Source of the DNA: Camelus dromedarius
Lineage: Eukaryota
Length of the DNA: 64,000 nucleotides
Reading direction: 5' to 3'
Assembly: GCF_036321535.1 (NCBI RefSeq)
Contig: NC_087437.1
Location: forward strand, 56,050,001-56,114,000
This document shows positions 12,311-25,489 of the stretch, in pieces. The notes beneath the pieces are model-generated. The model saw only the letters and a program-made list of their open reading frames with translations, had not been told where the DNA came from and ran no database searches. The position numbers were made by a program, and so were the translations under genes. Each line of letters starts with the position of its first letter. Position 1 is the first letter of the stretch.

Positions 12311-15300
12311 TACTTTTTAGATCAGTGCTTCTTAAATGTTTCTTAAAAGGTATCATTGTCCGTGGCTTATTAAATGGGCTACCAATAGTTTCAGGCTTAA
12401 AAGTGACTTTGTTAAGGTCTCTTTCACTAATCAGAAATGTAGGTTTAATTATGATTTTCACAGAAATCCCACCATGGTCTTAATTATCATGACATTCTTA
12501 AGGTCACACAAGCTCTTTGCTGCATGGCCCAGTCAGCTACCACTCAGCTATCAAGGTGCATTTAATCTTGCTGACTTTATAACATTTACATGTGGTGTAT
12601 TATTATTAAATTTGCAATTGTATTATCATTGCTATGTTTTGAGACAGCACCATTTTATGAAAAAAGGAAACATTGTTCTTTAGTGATTCACTGAAGCCTA
12701 ATAATAGAAATAACAACAGTAACAAACACTAGAACTAGAAGTAATATAACTGGTAAAAAAAAAAAAAGATTCTTTGTAAAGTTACACTCCTTGTAGCAAA
12801 AATAATTACACTCAATATTACTACTTAGAAGCTTCTAAAAAAAAGTCTAAAATTAATAACACATATTATGACTAGGAAGAATGAGCTTCTGGAAAAACTC
12901 CATTTTCAAATGACTGCAAGATGTCACATAACTCAATACACACAATGAGGAAGGACAATTACTATCATATGTTTTGATATAACTATATTTTGCTGTATCA
13001 TTGGATAATACGTTAGCAGAGAATCCTATCTGGACAACTAGCACCTATGCGAGGGAAGAGTCAGGAATAACTTGTTTATTTATCACTAAAAGCCCATGCA
13101 CCATGGAAAAGACTTCGCGGTTCTGGTTTAATTCCCAATATTGTGTGAATCAAAACATGGGTGTGTTGGAACAAGATGTGTTGAAATCAAAATGGGTGAC
13201 AGAGCACTGATTTTTTGGGTTTTATGCAGCAAAAAAAAAAAAAAAAAGAAGAAGAAGAAGAAAAATAGTGCATTTTAAATAAGAGGTCTCATCTGAATGC
13301 CGATACGTAAATTACTTTATCTATAGAGAACAGTTGGTATTAACATTTTATATCCTGATCTTGACATTGTCCTTGTCCTTGTCATTACAGGAAATGATGA
13401 AAATGTTGAATAAAACTGAATCTTGATTACCTGCTTACAGGTTTTCAAAAGGGAGCCTGCAGCACTGTGTAGTAAATACAACAATTTTTCTAACACTGAA
13501 TTTAGAGAAGAGTTACTTTTTTTTGAATTGAGTGATGACATTGAAATATTTCTTCAGGTCATTGATACTGCTTCAGAAGACTATGTCTATGATTGCAAAA
13601 AAGCTTGCATACTTGGCTTTCCTCTCCAATATATCCAGTATTTTATATTGCCCAAGCTTACCATTTTAATGTCTTAATATCAAAATTTTTAATGGCAAGG
13701 GTAAGATACTCAGTTGGACTTACTAAGCCCATGTTGAGGAGCCAACAATTCCATTACACAGTTTCCTAACATTTAGTGACTTTGTTTTATCAGAAGAAAT
13801 ACTGTGAACTGAAATATATTAAATCTGAAATATTAAACACTGAAATATATTAAATCTAGTAGAGACTTTCAAGATTATATATTCCAGTCACCTCATTTTA
13901 TAAATGAAGAAACTAAAGCCAAGAAAGGGGAAATAGATCATCACATCACCATAATTAGAGCCACAGGTTCCTAACTCCTTACTCGAACGTTGTTTCCGAC
14001 ATTTCCACCCAACTTTACGTTAATAATCGTTAATTGACTTATCAAGCTGGCACTGCCGTGAAAGAGCTCTCTTTAAAAATTATGACCAAGTGCACAGAAT
14101 GGCATTTTTAAATGTTTAATTATGATAGGGACAAATTCATGTCCCAGGAGAACTGATAGTTCAAATTCAATAAACAAGCATCAAGTTCCTACCAAGTGCA
14201 AAATGATTAAACATAATACTAGCCATGTGTGAATGTTCAGGTCAAAGACTGGCACATAATAATCTAGAACATAGGAGGTACTGATTATGGAAATGTCATA
14301 TTTATTCTGAGACAGTGAGAAGGAGAAAAGGCATTTTTTTCTTACTTTAAATCGTAATAAGTTTGTTTCCCATGTATAACATAGCAAGTAAACCTTTATT
14401 AAATATCCTGTAGGGGAAATGAACCAGAATGATCAAATACTTATTTGTTTATGAAAGGTTAAATCACAGTATTCCAGAGGGGTTCCCTCTGTGGACCTAT
14501 AAATAAGTGAAAGGGCAGGAAGGTGGCAACCCAGCTTAAGGGCTGGGATTTTTTATACCTCTAAAGCAGAAGTCGGAAAGACTTTTAATAATTTGACATG
14601 CATCATAGCACAGCCCAACTGATCTACTTAGGTCTGATTTAGCAGTGGTGAGATTGGACTGGAGATTTTTATTAGAGATCAGAAAGGCTTTTCTGTAGCT
14701 TTCTGCAGTGAAGTATTGGTAATAAAGCTTACTCAGAGTTTGAAATCAAGTCTACTCAAACTGTGTTCATCATCATCATTATAATCTAAAGATCACTTAA
14801 AGAGTCTGCATGCTGGTTCTGAACAAGATGGAGTAAACGCGTTTCTCCTAGACCTCCTCTTAAGGAACACCTAAACATTCCTGACAGACACACACAGGAA
14901 AACTCTGGAAGGTGGTGTGATGAGGTGAATGGGCTAAGGACCTGGCCATTGAACACAATGGTGAATTTCCTCCGTTCTCTTTGTGTCTCCCATACATCCC
15001 AGATTGGACAATCAAGAAACCTGCAACCCCAACTTGCCAATGGGAGCAAAGGCCCCCCAAAAGCATGTTCTCCTTTGTTAGAGGAATGGAACAATTAGGC
15101 ACAACAGAACAGAAACCTCTGTGGTAATACCCACACAACTGCAGCCAAACAGCAGGGGAAGAAACCTTGCTGCACCTCGCCCTTGGTCAGCTCCCAGGGC
15201 AAGGAGCCTGGGGGTCCACTCCCCTTCTCTCCAGGGGTAGCAGGCACTTCTTCCCCACCCAATTAGAGTAGTTAAAAAAAAAAAAAAATCCAGAGGGAGG

Positions 15301-15999
15301 GAGCTAGATAAAGGAATTCCTTAAATATTCTTTAGGAGTATTTAATATCCTTTAAATATTCTTAAATATGATGCTCTAGGCAGACCCACTAGCAACTCAG
15401 ACGGGAAACTGGCCAGAACTGACACTGGCAGAAGGTCTGGTAACTGAACTACAGTGTGGAATATGGCCAGGTTTTCAGTTTGGCCTCTGGATACACACAA
15501 ACGAAGCAAATTAGAATAGCACCACCTGGGCTCTGTAAATGAAAGCGGGTTTTCTGAGTATATCATGATACACTCGCTAAGAGAGGCAAACCCACCCTTA
15601 ATTCTTATTAAGCATGGATGTTCTGATCAGTTTTTATCCATTTAACTTAAAACTCTCATTGATACAAAGTAACCGCAACTAAATCCTTTTCAGATGTTAT
15701 CTCAGAGATGCTTGAGCCAGAAATCAGAGGACTAATGCAGTTCACACACATGGATATTGTTACTGCTAAATATTCCATGCGTGTGTGTGTGTTCCCATGT
15801 GTGTTTTAAGGCCGTAGCAATGTTTTGTTCTCTTTCCTTTTGTGCCTTCTGTAAGTTATTTATAGGGGTTGTGCTGGTGACCCTGGTCTGAGATTACATT
15901 AGCCGGAATTAAGAAGCAGGATAGAAAGAAAGGTGTAAGGTGTTTCCAATGAAAAAGGTTTAATGATTCACCATCTGTGGGTATAAGACAAATTTTCAT

Positions 16000-16520
16000 T
16001 TCATAAGATCATGGAGTCTTATTAACTCTGGATTGGAAAACATGTTAAAATCTTATCTACTTCAACAATCTCTTTAATGGTTGAAACTTAAATGCAATCT
16101 CCCTGTTTAAGCATTTGTCTGACTCATGTTCAAACACCTTCTTAAGCTACTTACACTGAACAGCTGCTAGTATTAGGAAAGTCTTCCATATTTGAGCCAA
16201 GATCTTGTTCCCCATGACTTCTGTTACTCGGTCCTACTTGTTCAATTCCCAGGTGCCATAAAGATCAAGAATAATTGTCTCAGATAGCGATCTTTTCAAA
16301 ACCTCTTTTTTTTTTTTTTTTTTGGTTTAGTCTACTCATTCATATTTCAACTGTTTCATGAAACTTAGTTCTGAGTCTTGCATCTTTTTATCCTTCCTGA
16401 ACATGCCCAGGTTTATCTTGTACCACTTAAAGTATGATTAAGTTAAATATTACTGTGTCCTTCTGTATGTTTTACTTTAAATTAATTGACTGTGCAAAAG
16501 AATAGGGCTAGCATCAGATA
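16000..16520 (-). mobile_element. L3/CR1 ancient LINE 3' region
   Basis: GAACAGCTGCTAGTATTAGGAAAGTCTTCC...TTGAGCCAAGATCT...GACTTC...GGTCCTA matches the antisense CR1/L3 3' end as I recall it. Confidence 0.7.
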
Positions 16521-17437
16521 CACTGAAAGTACCTCCTTTCCTTGGACCTTTTAAACTCCTTTTATCTCCATTCTACCACTGTGTATTCCGTTATATTATC
16601 TCATCATTTTTCTTTTCCAAAGGTAGACCGTTGGCTCACTCCACCAGTCCACCAAGGTACTGTAGAATCTCAGGCTGGCAGAGGGAGATTTCTTATGAAT
16701 CATTTGGCCCAATTCCACCTTGTCCAAATGGAGTCAAGACTTTAGTGACAAAATGGGACAAAGCCTAAACTGCTTGATTCCTGGACTCATAACCCTCATA
16801 TTTTTGAGCTACTCTCTCATTTGCTTGTCATACAAGAAGCAATCTTGTTTTTGGTGTCTGTGATGAAGAGATGTTTGTTGATTCCCAAACCTAGCCCATC
16901 TCCCAAGAGTACTCGAGACCAGGGTGGCGAAGAGGCTTAAAGGGGTTTAAAATTCCCAAGACGTGTTGGTCTGTGGGAAGAGATTTTATCTGTTAATAGG
17001 AAACAGCGAAGGTTTGGCACGTGTTTGAACAGAGTCCATTTTTTTGAAAAATACAAAAAAGAGGCCATGATCTCATGGAAACTGTGAAATCAACTGGTTT
17101 GGAGAATGTAATGGGGAAGAGAGAAAAAGGACTTTTCTCAACATTGCAAAGAAACAGTCCCAAATTCTCATTAGGAAGATGATTTTTGTTTTAGTCTGAC
17201 GGTGAAAGGAGGCTGGTAAGTCTATGTGCCAATGTACAGAGAATTGAACCTGAAGTCAGTCACTCCAACTGAGCAGGTTAAGCTCTTGTTTTGCACGTCC
17301 CCAAGGTTTCCCTACCTCCTGTGCGTGAAATTATCGTCTCAGTTTATCACGATATATTTGCCTAACTGTTCTTTTGCCTTTCATAGTTCCTTACAAATTT
17401 GCTCTCTGCACAGCAGCAATTAAGAAAGGGATAAGTA

Positions 17438-17654
17438 CAGCTGACCCTCGAACAACATGGGGGGGTTAGGGGAACCGACCTCTGCACAGTCAAAAATGAG
17501 CATGAAATTTACAGTTGGTTGTCTTTATCCACTGTCCTGCAAATGTGGGTTCCATAAACAGGGATCATGGAGTGCTGTAGCACTCATTACTGAAAAAAAT
17601 CCATGTATAAATGAACCCCTGGGGTGCAAACTCATGTTTTTCAAAGGTCAACTG
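17438..17654 (+). mobile_element. Tigger2a/MER8-like Tc1-mariner MITE
   Basis: TIRs CAGCTGACCCTCGAACAACATG / CATGTTTTTCAAAGGTCAACTG, flanked by a TA target duplication. Confidence 0.9.
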
Positions 17655-17699
17655 TACTTCTGGGTCAATGCTGACCTAGGTGAGCCCACGATCTTTTTT

Positions 17700-17995
17700 T
17701 TTTTAAGTAACTTCCCACAAAAACCCAGTGATATAGGTATGATTATCCTCATCTTCCAGATAAGAAACTCAGGTTCATATACGTGAACTTTCCCAGTGTC
17801 ACACCACTAAGAAAAGGCAGGACTTTTTTGAATCTAGGTCTCTTTCAAACCCAAGGCTGTGAGAAGTAAATGAGAACTCAGGTTTTGTCATCAGAAAAAC
17901 CTAGATTCAAATTCTGATTCTATTATTTACTTGCTGTGTGATCTCAGACATAACCATTTAACGGGTCAAGCTTCAGTGTCCCTATTGCAAAAGGA
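17700..17995. mobile_element. Two MIRs head-to-head (minus ~17700-17858, plus ~17870-17995)
   Basis: Antisense core CCAGATAAGAAACTCAGG, followed by sense head ACCTAGATTCAAATTCTG...ACTTGCTGTGTGATCT. Confidence 0.75.
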
Positions 17996-18414
17996 ACAAA
18001 AGAAAAAGGTTCAGCTACATCTGGGTTCAAAGAAACCTGAAATGGCAAAATGGCATTTCCCTTAACACTCAGTAAATATGCAGTGCTGTGCATGTGGAAT
18101 CCCCCTCAAAGCCATTCCTGCTTTCTCTGTTTTACTGAGCAAGCTGAGTGGTCTGCTCCCCTAGGCTTTATCAAAGCAGAAATGTCTCGGCCAAGCGTGG
18201 GCCCTATGGCATCGCAGACCAACATCTGCTTCCTAGTGATTGGTTTTATTACAGAGACATGGCTATCAGAGGGTGCGACACCCACGTTTGTCTCCTGCAA
18301 ACTCCACTCAGGAGTGGGGCCCTGCTTGGACATTAATTGATCGCTCTTGCCTTCCTTTGCTTAATTTTTGCTATCTTCTCTCCATCTTTCTCCTTCTATT
18401 TCTGCATCTCCCTC

Positions 18415-19018
18415 TGCTATGCCCTGAATGTTTGTGTCCCCCCCAAATTCTTATGTTAACACCTAACCCCCAAGGTATTAGAAGGCTGGCGCTGATTAGA
18501 TCATGAAGGCAGAGCCCTCATGAATGGAACTCACGCCCTTACAAAAGAGAAGTCCCATAGTTCAGGAAATAAACTTAAGGTTACCAGAAGGGGAAGGGAG
18601 AAGAGAGGGATAAATTGGGAGTTTGGGATTAGCAGATGCAAATGACTATGTATAGAATAGACAAACAACAAGGTCCTATGCTGTAGCACAGGGAACTATA
18701 TTCAATGGCTTGTAGTAACCTGTAATGAAAAAAATGTATATATTTATATGTATAACTGAATCACTATGCTGTACATCAGAAACTAATACAACATTGTCAA
18801 TCAACTATATTTCAATTTTTTAAAATGAGGTGGAAGAGAAGCTACAGAAAGCTTCCTGCAATGTGACATTATAGCAAAGCAGGACTCTCACCAGACACTG
18901 ATTCTGCAGGTACCCTGATCCTGGACTCCTAGCCTCCAGAACTCTGAGAATTAAATGTTTGTTGTTTATAAACCACCAGCCTATGCTACCCTATTATACC
19001 AGCCCGCAAGGCCTGACA
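18415..19018 (+). mobile_element. MLT1A-like MaLR LTR split by an L1 insertion
   Basis: TGCTATGCCCTGAATGTTTGTGTCCCCCCAAATTC 5' end and ...AAATGTTTGTTGTTTATAAACCACC...TGACA 3' end. Confidence 0.85.
18553..18833 (+). mobile_element. L1 3' end inserted in MLT1A
   Basis: L1 3'UTR motifs; 8-bp TSD AAGAGAAG at 18545-18552 and 18834-18841. Confidence 0.9.
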
Positions 19019-19618
19019 TGCTCTGACTCTCTTTCACTCCTTTCTTCTTTCCTCTGACTCGCTCTCATTTTCCCTACTTTCTAGCCTTCTGTAAGATGGC
19101 ATTTTGTGGGATCTTGTGTTTGAGTCAAGCTGCTTTCCAAGAGCATATCTGATAAAGAGCTAACCCCAAGAAAACTAAGAGTTGTAGTGGATTACTTTTA
19201 AATGATTGGGTTTGGGTACTTTCCAAGTTGAAGGAGAAACACATTCGTCCTGGAGTTTGGAGTTGACAACTGAAAGGTGTTAGTGTGTATTGCTAAATTT
19301 TTGCTAAAGCAACCTGTCCTGTCATGTTCGAATAATAAATAGAGAGAAGCAGATCCTCTGGTCTTTCCTACAAGCTGAATCAGTGAAGCCATGGAAGAGG
19401 ACCAGCTATGGGATATAAGCTTAGTGATTTGCATCTTGGAAAGACAGGCTCTATTTCCAATGGATTTCCCTTCATAAAAGATTTCAAACTATAGCCAAAA
19501 TTTTCATAAATATCATGATTCATCAGTGGGCACACTGCCACCTAGTATATACTGTCAAAAACTTGATTTGTACTAGTCTAAATGTCTGTTTATCTTAAAA
19601 ACGGGTACGTGTTTAAAT

Positions 19619-19843
19619 CAGTGGTTCTCAGTGTGAGGTGCTCTTGACCCAGAGAGACATCTTGCAATATATGGAGACATTTTTGATTGTCACAGCTTAG
19701 AAGAGAAATGAAGTGTGTTGCTACTGCTGTCTGGTACATAGAGGCCAGAGATGCTGCTAACCATCCTAAAATGTCCAGGACAGCCCATCACAACAAAGAA
19801 CTATTCATCCCAAATATCAATAAGCCAGGGCTGAGAAACTTCA
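19619..19843 (+). mobile_element. MER20 hAT-Charlie MITE
   Basis: CAGTGGTTCTCA start, GGAGACATTTTTGATTGTCACA, TAGAGGCCAGAGATGCTGCTAA; 8-bp TSD GTTTAAAT / GCTTAAAT. Confidence 0.9.
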
Positions 19844-22800
19844 GCTTAAATGCCTACTGACCTGAAAACCTGCAGACTCCTCTGTATAACCGAGCCCTTG
19901 GTCACCCTATAGAAACAGTGACGGACTAGGAAAGCCTCCGTCCCTGGGGGCGTCTCTAAATGCCATGTGCCACAGCCAAATGCTGACTGTTGATCCTGCA
20001 TGCAATCTGAAAAATCTTAGGAAGAAATTGTTCCACTCAGCAGGGGAACCATTTGTATGGTCTTCTGGATTAGTTTTTGATATTATAATTTGAGATCATT
20101 TTTGAAATCAGCCGAATCTGATTTTAAGCTAATTCACTGTGTCTGGTGTCCCAATTACGTGTTGATTTCTTCATGCAAGCCTATTGATCTTGGCAGAGTG
20201 AAGGCTAAAAATTTCACATTCAGGCAGGAAAAATAAATCGAAATTGCCTCAATTAACTTTCCTGTGATTAGGGTTTGTTAACAGTTTCTCTGCTTTGTTC
20301 CAGATGTATTTATTTTATTATGTGTTTTGCTTTTATCCATCTCTTTCCTGAGTTCCAGTATAATGACACCACAGTCTTCAGCAGTGTCCCATTACTTGCC
20401 CAAAAACTGAATCCATTCTTTGCAGATAATGAATTCCAGCAGGATCATGCTGATCGCACTGAACTTCTGGAAAATCTGACATCTTGGATCTCTGTCCTGC
20501 TGGCTCTGATGTCTTCATTTCCCTTCCAAAGAAGATCCTTTGCCTGATTCATTTTCATTAGGCTTACTGGGGAACAGCGACAATCCAGGTTCCTGTTTCT
20601 GAGTTTTCCCCGAAAGTGGGAAGAACAGTCGTGCAAGGAATAACATTGTATCAGGTAGCTTTTATTTTCAGGGTCTACCCCATTTGGCAAATAAAGGAAG
20701 TGGCATGCTCTGTGTTTTGTATCGATATTGTGGAGTTTTTGTTTCCAGTGTGTGTTTTACAAATAGTGGTCATAACAATGTCATAGAGGTTCGACTCAGG
20801 GTTCTTGGATTCTGATCGTGGCTCTTCCATTAAATGGCTGGATACATTTGGACAACTTGAGTCTTTTCCAGACTTTATTTTCCCATCTCTGAAATGGGAG
20901 GATCGGAACACAAATGTTCTATACGACTGTGGCAGGAAGCAGTTGCAGAACTATGGGGGGCTGAGAGGAAAGGGAAAATGAGTATCTTTCCGAAACATGC
21001 CCAAATCCTGCACAAGTCATATGGGGGAAAGGGATATAAAAGTAATGTCACAGAAGGAGATGCCTATGTCCAGCCATCAAATTAAATAAGCAGCTCTGTG
21101 GCCTCCGTTCAATCAGAACCAGACCCCGACGTTGGTTCTGCCGCTACCTGCTTTCCTCTTCCCTAGACCGACCCCTGCAGCCTTCCCCGCTGTGGATGCA
21201 ATTCCACTGTGGAGATCACCGATAGGACAAGGAATGGAAAATGAGAGAGAGAAAGAGAAAAACAAATACAGAAAACAAAGGAAAGCAGAGAGGGGCATGG
21301 TCAAGTGCAATCAGCCTCTCCTGACGGCCGTCTGCAGCCCTCTCCAGCACTGAAACCCGGACTGAGGCATACCACGCAGACAGCTGACTTCAAATCGTTT
21401 TTTTGAAAGATGTGTTTGGGCCATTTGGCAAATGAGGGCCAGCTCTCATGGAAGTTACATAGCTAGGAAGTCAGACAGCAGGAAAGGCGAGATGAATAAA
21501 AGGACAGAAAAAGAATTATAGGAGAAAAGCTGAATGGAAAAAAAAAAAGGCAGGAGAAATTACTTTTCCTAATGAGAAATGCAAAATTTTCCACCAGACA
21601 ACTGTGACTCTTGGCTAAGTGGCTCACAGAGCATGGGAATGAAATGCAGGGTGGGCGAGGCCATCCAGGAAGCTGGGCCTCAAGTCTGCTCTGTCTCTAG
21701 AGGCACCGGGTGGACTGCGGGTCTCAGTGGCACCACTGATTCACCAGACTGCCCCCCAAGAGGTAGCCATGCCCATTACATAGAGTCTGGAAAGAGTATT
21801 GGACTATAAAATTAAAATATCATGTTCTGGAGCCAGCTCCATGTGGTGACCCTCCTTGATTTGTCACGGAATCTCTGAGGCCGGTGTCATCAGTTAGTAT
21901 GTGATAGACGTCTTCATGATCTCCGAGGCTCCTCCAAGCTGTAGCATTTTTACAGTTTTAATAATTACCACTCCTCACCTTCACCAGACCACATTTCATA
22001 AGCAAACTACTTATCCCTCCCTCTCTCACCCCTGCTTCACTGCTCACAGGAGAAAGCCTGTGAGCAATCGCTCCCGTCGTCTCATAGAATCTGAAGCTGC
22101 TGTGGCACTTACTGTTGGCAGTCACACTGGATGATGGATAAACTGCTGACTGAGCCTTCAAATGGTCAACCTCCTAGCAGGAATCAGTTGAAATTCTAGC
22201 TCCTTAGCACACAGGACTGAAGAGTTGGCTACACATAGATGCTCCCAGGTTTCCTTCCTAAGACGTGGGACAGAAAGATGGTGACTAGTGGGTTTTGATG
22301 ACTCAAGCACCAAAAAAAAAAAAAAAAAAGGAAGAAAGAAAAGAAACACAAAAGCCTCATCCTTTGAGGAAATAACCACTAGGAAATTTCAGATCAACTA
22401 TTTCAAGAAGACATAAAACCGACTTCTTATTTGAAATAATTTGAGGACAAAATGTACCTAGTCTACATATAGGAAAAAAGAGATTTAAATATGGGATTTG
22501 AAAAAGGGTTTTATTCAGAACTAATAGAATATATATTATGCACATATCACGTGGCCTAGGTTTCAAACTCATTTTCTTTTAAGGCATTCATCTAGAAAGA
22601 GAAAGAAGTTGACAAAGCAGAGTAAAAGTGAAAAAAATCTTTAAGCCAACCTTTTTCGTTAGTAGAAAACACTAATAAAATAAATTGTGGTCAAGAAAAC
22701 GGAAGTTGAGGGAGAGGACTCTAGGAGGGAGACAGAATTGCCTAACTTAATTGCATCTCCTTTTTTTCCTTCCTCTAATCCTAAGAAGAAAAACAAAGGC

Positions 22801-23319
22801 CAAATGGCACAAAGCACCAACTGAGAAACAAAACACAGAGGGGCAAGCTTGTTTTAAGTAAAAAAAATCTAAATAAGTAAACCACAGTAGTTGTCTTTTT
22901 TTTAATTGTTTTCTTTTTACTAAATGGCTGGGAACACTGAAAGAAAAACAGATACTGTCAAAGTATTCCTGATGATAAAGCACACAGATAAGAAAAAAAG
23001 AAAAGGCTCTCTCTCTCTCTTACATTTGTTTAAATTCCACAAATGTACATAAAGCAGGCTTAGTGCGTCAAGAATTTTCTGAAGCATAGTTTTAGGAAAT
23101 AAGGATTAAACTAGGGGAAAAGATGGGGGGGGGGGTGTGGTTTGCAACATTAGCCAGTAGTTGCAAGTAGAATAGAGTGAAAAGTCAAACAATCTACAGT
23201 CCTTCTGTAACTTTCTCCCCCAACTGACCAGCCAGGAAACCAGATAACTAATTTGGGAATACCTCCTGCCGCCATGCAGAAATCCTTCTCAACAATATTT
23301 CATACACAAGCAGCCAAAC

Positions 23320-24270
23320 TATTATTCATTCAACAAACATACACTGAGCATTTACAGCTACTTCCCCTGTGTTAGGTATTTGGGGGGAATATAGATGCTG
23401 AGACCCAACTGAGACCTACTGAACCTAAATCTCTAATTTTAAATCATGCTTTTAACACCCAGGTGATTAATAATAATCATCCATCTAATAGTACTCTTCC
23501 AGACCTGAAAACACATGCTTTAAGAGATGCAAAAATGACTATGATTGTTCTTTTAACTCAAGGAGCCCACATAAGTGATGAACAAATATATGAATTTCTC
23601 CAAAACAAAGTTAAAAGTGAAACATGATACGAGAGGAACATATTCTTTACTGTGGACACTCAGAGGAGGGAGAAATGATGGATTGTTGGGGTTTGCAGAG
23701 CGAGTGAAAGAGGGCCTCACAGAAATAGGTATATTTGTGTTGGCATAGTTACCATTTGAACATGTGGAGAAGGAGGTGGGAAAATCTACTATTATAACTA
23801 ATAATAAGAAGAGACACATCTCCAGTGTTTCTGGAAAAGAAATAGGCCCTGTCTTGGGTGCGTGATATAAATCCTCTCTTAAACCTAAACAAATCAGTAG
23901 CTCCTGTTATCTCCCCATTTTGCCAATGAGGAAACCACAGCTTAGAAAGTCCCTACGATTTGCTCACAGAGCTAGAGATTGAAGGGTTAAAGTTCAATCC
24001 CAGATCTAGCCCATTCCAGAGCCTACACGCCTCCTGCAGAATAAACAGAGCCCAGATGGGCAAAAGTGTCAGACACATGGGATAAGCGTCCATTGTTCCC
24101 TCTGGCTGAAGGAAGGCAGAGTCGGGGGCAGACTGGGCTGGTAAGGTTACAGGCAGCCAGGCTGTGGGCGCTGTATTAAACACTACAGGCTATATACAGT
24201 AGCAAGGGGGAACCAGTGAAGGAGTGATGGTTTCCAAGCAGATGCTACTCTGATAAAAGCTTTATCATAG
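23320..24270 (-). mobile_element. Fragmented L2 with nested MER5-like piece (~23395-23500) and MIR (~23800-24020)
   Basis: Antisense L2 tail ATTCATTCAACAAACAT...CTGAGCA; MIR core CCCCATTTTGCCAATGAGGAAAC. Confidence 0.6.
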
Positions 24271-25346
24271 GTCTTGGACTATGAATCCTGAGTTATATCT
24301 TACAATCTGAAATAATGAAATTCAAAAGTTTGAAGCGTCTCGTCCTGCCTTTAAACAAAAAGGTGAGACTAAGAGCTGAGTGAGCTACCACCACAGAGCT
24401 GTCCAGATGGATTCCCAACATGCCAGGCCTTAAGGAAGATTTTGCAGAACAGCCCTTAAGATAAATGCCCTGAGTGTCTGTTACCCACAGGCAAGAACTG
24501 ACTCATCCCTGGAGCTGTCCAAATCTGGCACAAGGATAGCCCTGGGGACTCAGCATTCCCTGGGACCTGAGGTGACCCCATGGGGCAGTGGGTGTGCACG
24601 GGGATGATCTGTTATTGGCAGAATCCAGAGCCCTGATTCCTAGTCTGTGCTCATTTCATCAAATCAAATCATATGTGACACTGAGTGAGCCCCTATCCCT
24701 CTCTCCATCTCCTTTCCCCATCTGTGAAATGAGAAATTGACCTCAGCAGGGCCTCAGACTTCACAATTCTCAATCTTTCCCTTCCAACACTCCAGCATAA
24801 AGAATTTGTTTCCATCAGTGGCTCACTAACTTGGATTTAGGAAAGGAGCACTCTCTCCCAAGAGCTTTTACAGTTTATAAATCCCTAGCTGAAAATAAAT
24901 GTACTTCCTTATCTCTAGGAAGCCCACTAGTTCTGACTGTATTACAGGATTCACGGTTCTCAAATCCTGGCTGCAAAGTCCTCACTGAATTTAATCTGGT
25001 CCAGAATTATCCTTTTCAAGTGCAAACTGGATCACTGATGAGCAAAGTAATTCAGCAACACAAGATACCATGATCATATATGCAGGCACATGCTAGGAAC
25101 GCCTTTATCATTAGGGAATAAACACTTGAGGATCCGAACTTGTCAAAGCCCCAAAGATACTATCAGTTGAGAGTTTTATTTTACTCTCAAAAGACTGTGT
25201 ATGTGTGTTTATGAGTGAAATCCCCAAGAAGTCAAGCAAAGTTTAAAATTGTGGCATTCTTGGAAGGAGGGAGGGAGAACCATGACTTTATTCAGTGTTT
25301 TATAAAGATTTCCCTGCAAATGCCATCCATCAAAAATGGATTTCCA

Positions 25347-25489
25347 GGGGAAGGGTATAGCTCAGTGGTAGAGTCTGTGCTTAGCATGCACAAGGTCCTG
25401 GGTTCAATCCCCAGTACCTCCCTTAAAATAAGTAAGTAAATAAATAAATCTAATTACCTCCCCACAAGCCACCAAAAAAAAAAAAAAAA
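25347..25489 (+). mobile_element. tRNA-Ala-derived SINE (Vic-1 type)
   Basis: A box TAGCTCAGTGG, B box GGTTCAATCC, TAAATAAA...TAATTACCTCCCC body, poly(A); TSD-like AAAAATGGATTTCCA / AAAAAAGAATCTCCA. Confidence 0.9.

Noticed and set aside
25350..25421. tRNA-Ala genes here and at ~51080 and ~55290
   Set aside because: Each has a SINE body, tail and TSDs, so they are SINE heads rather than tRNA loci.
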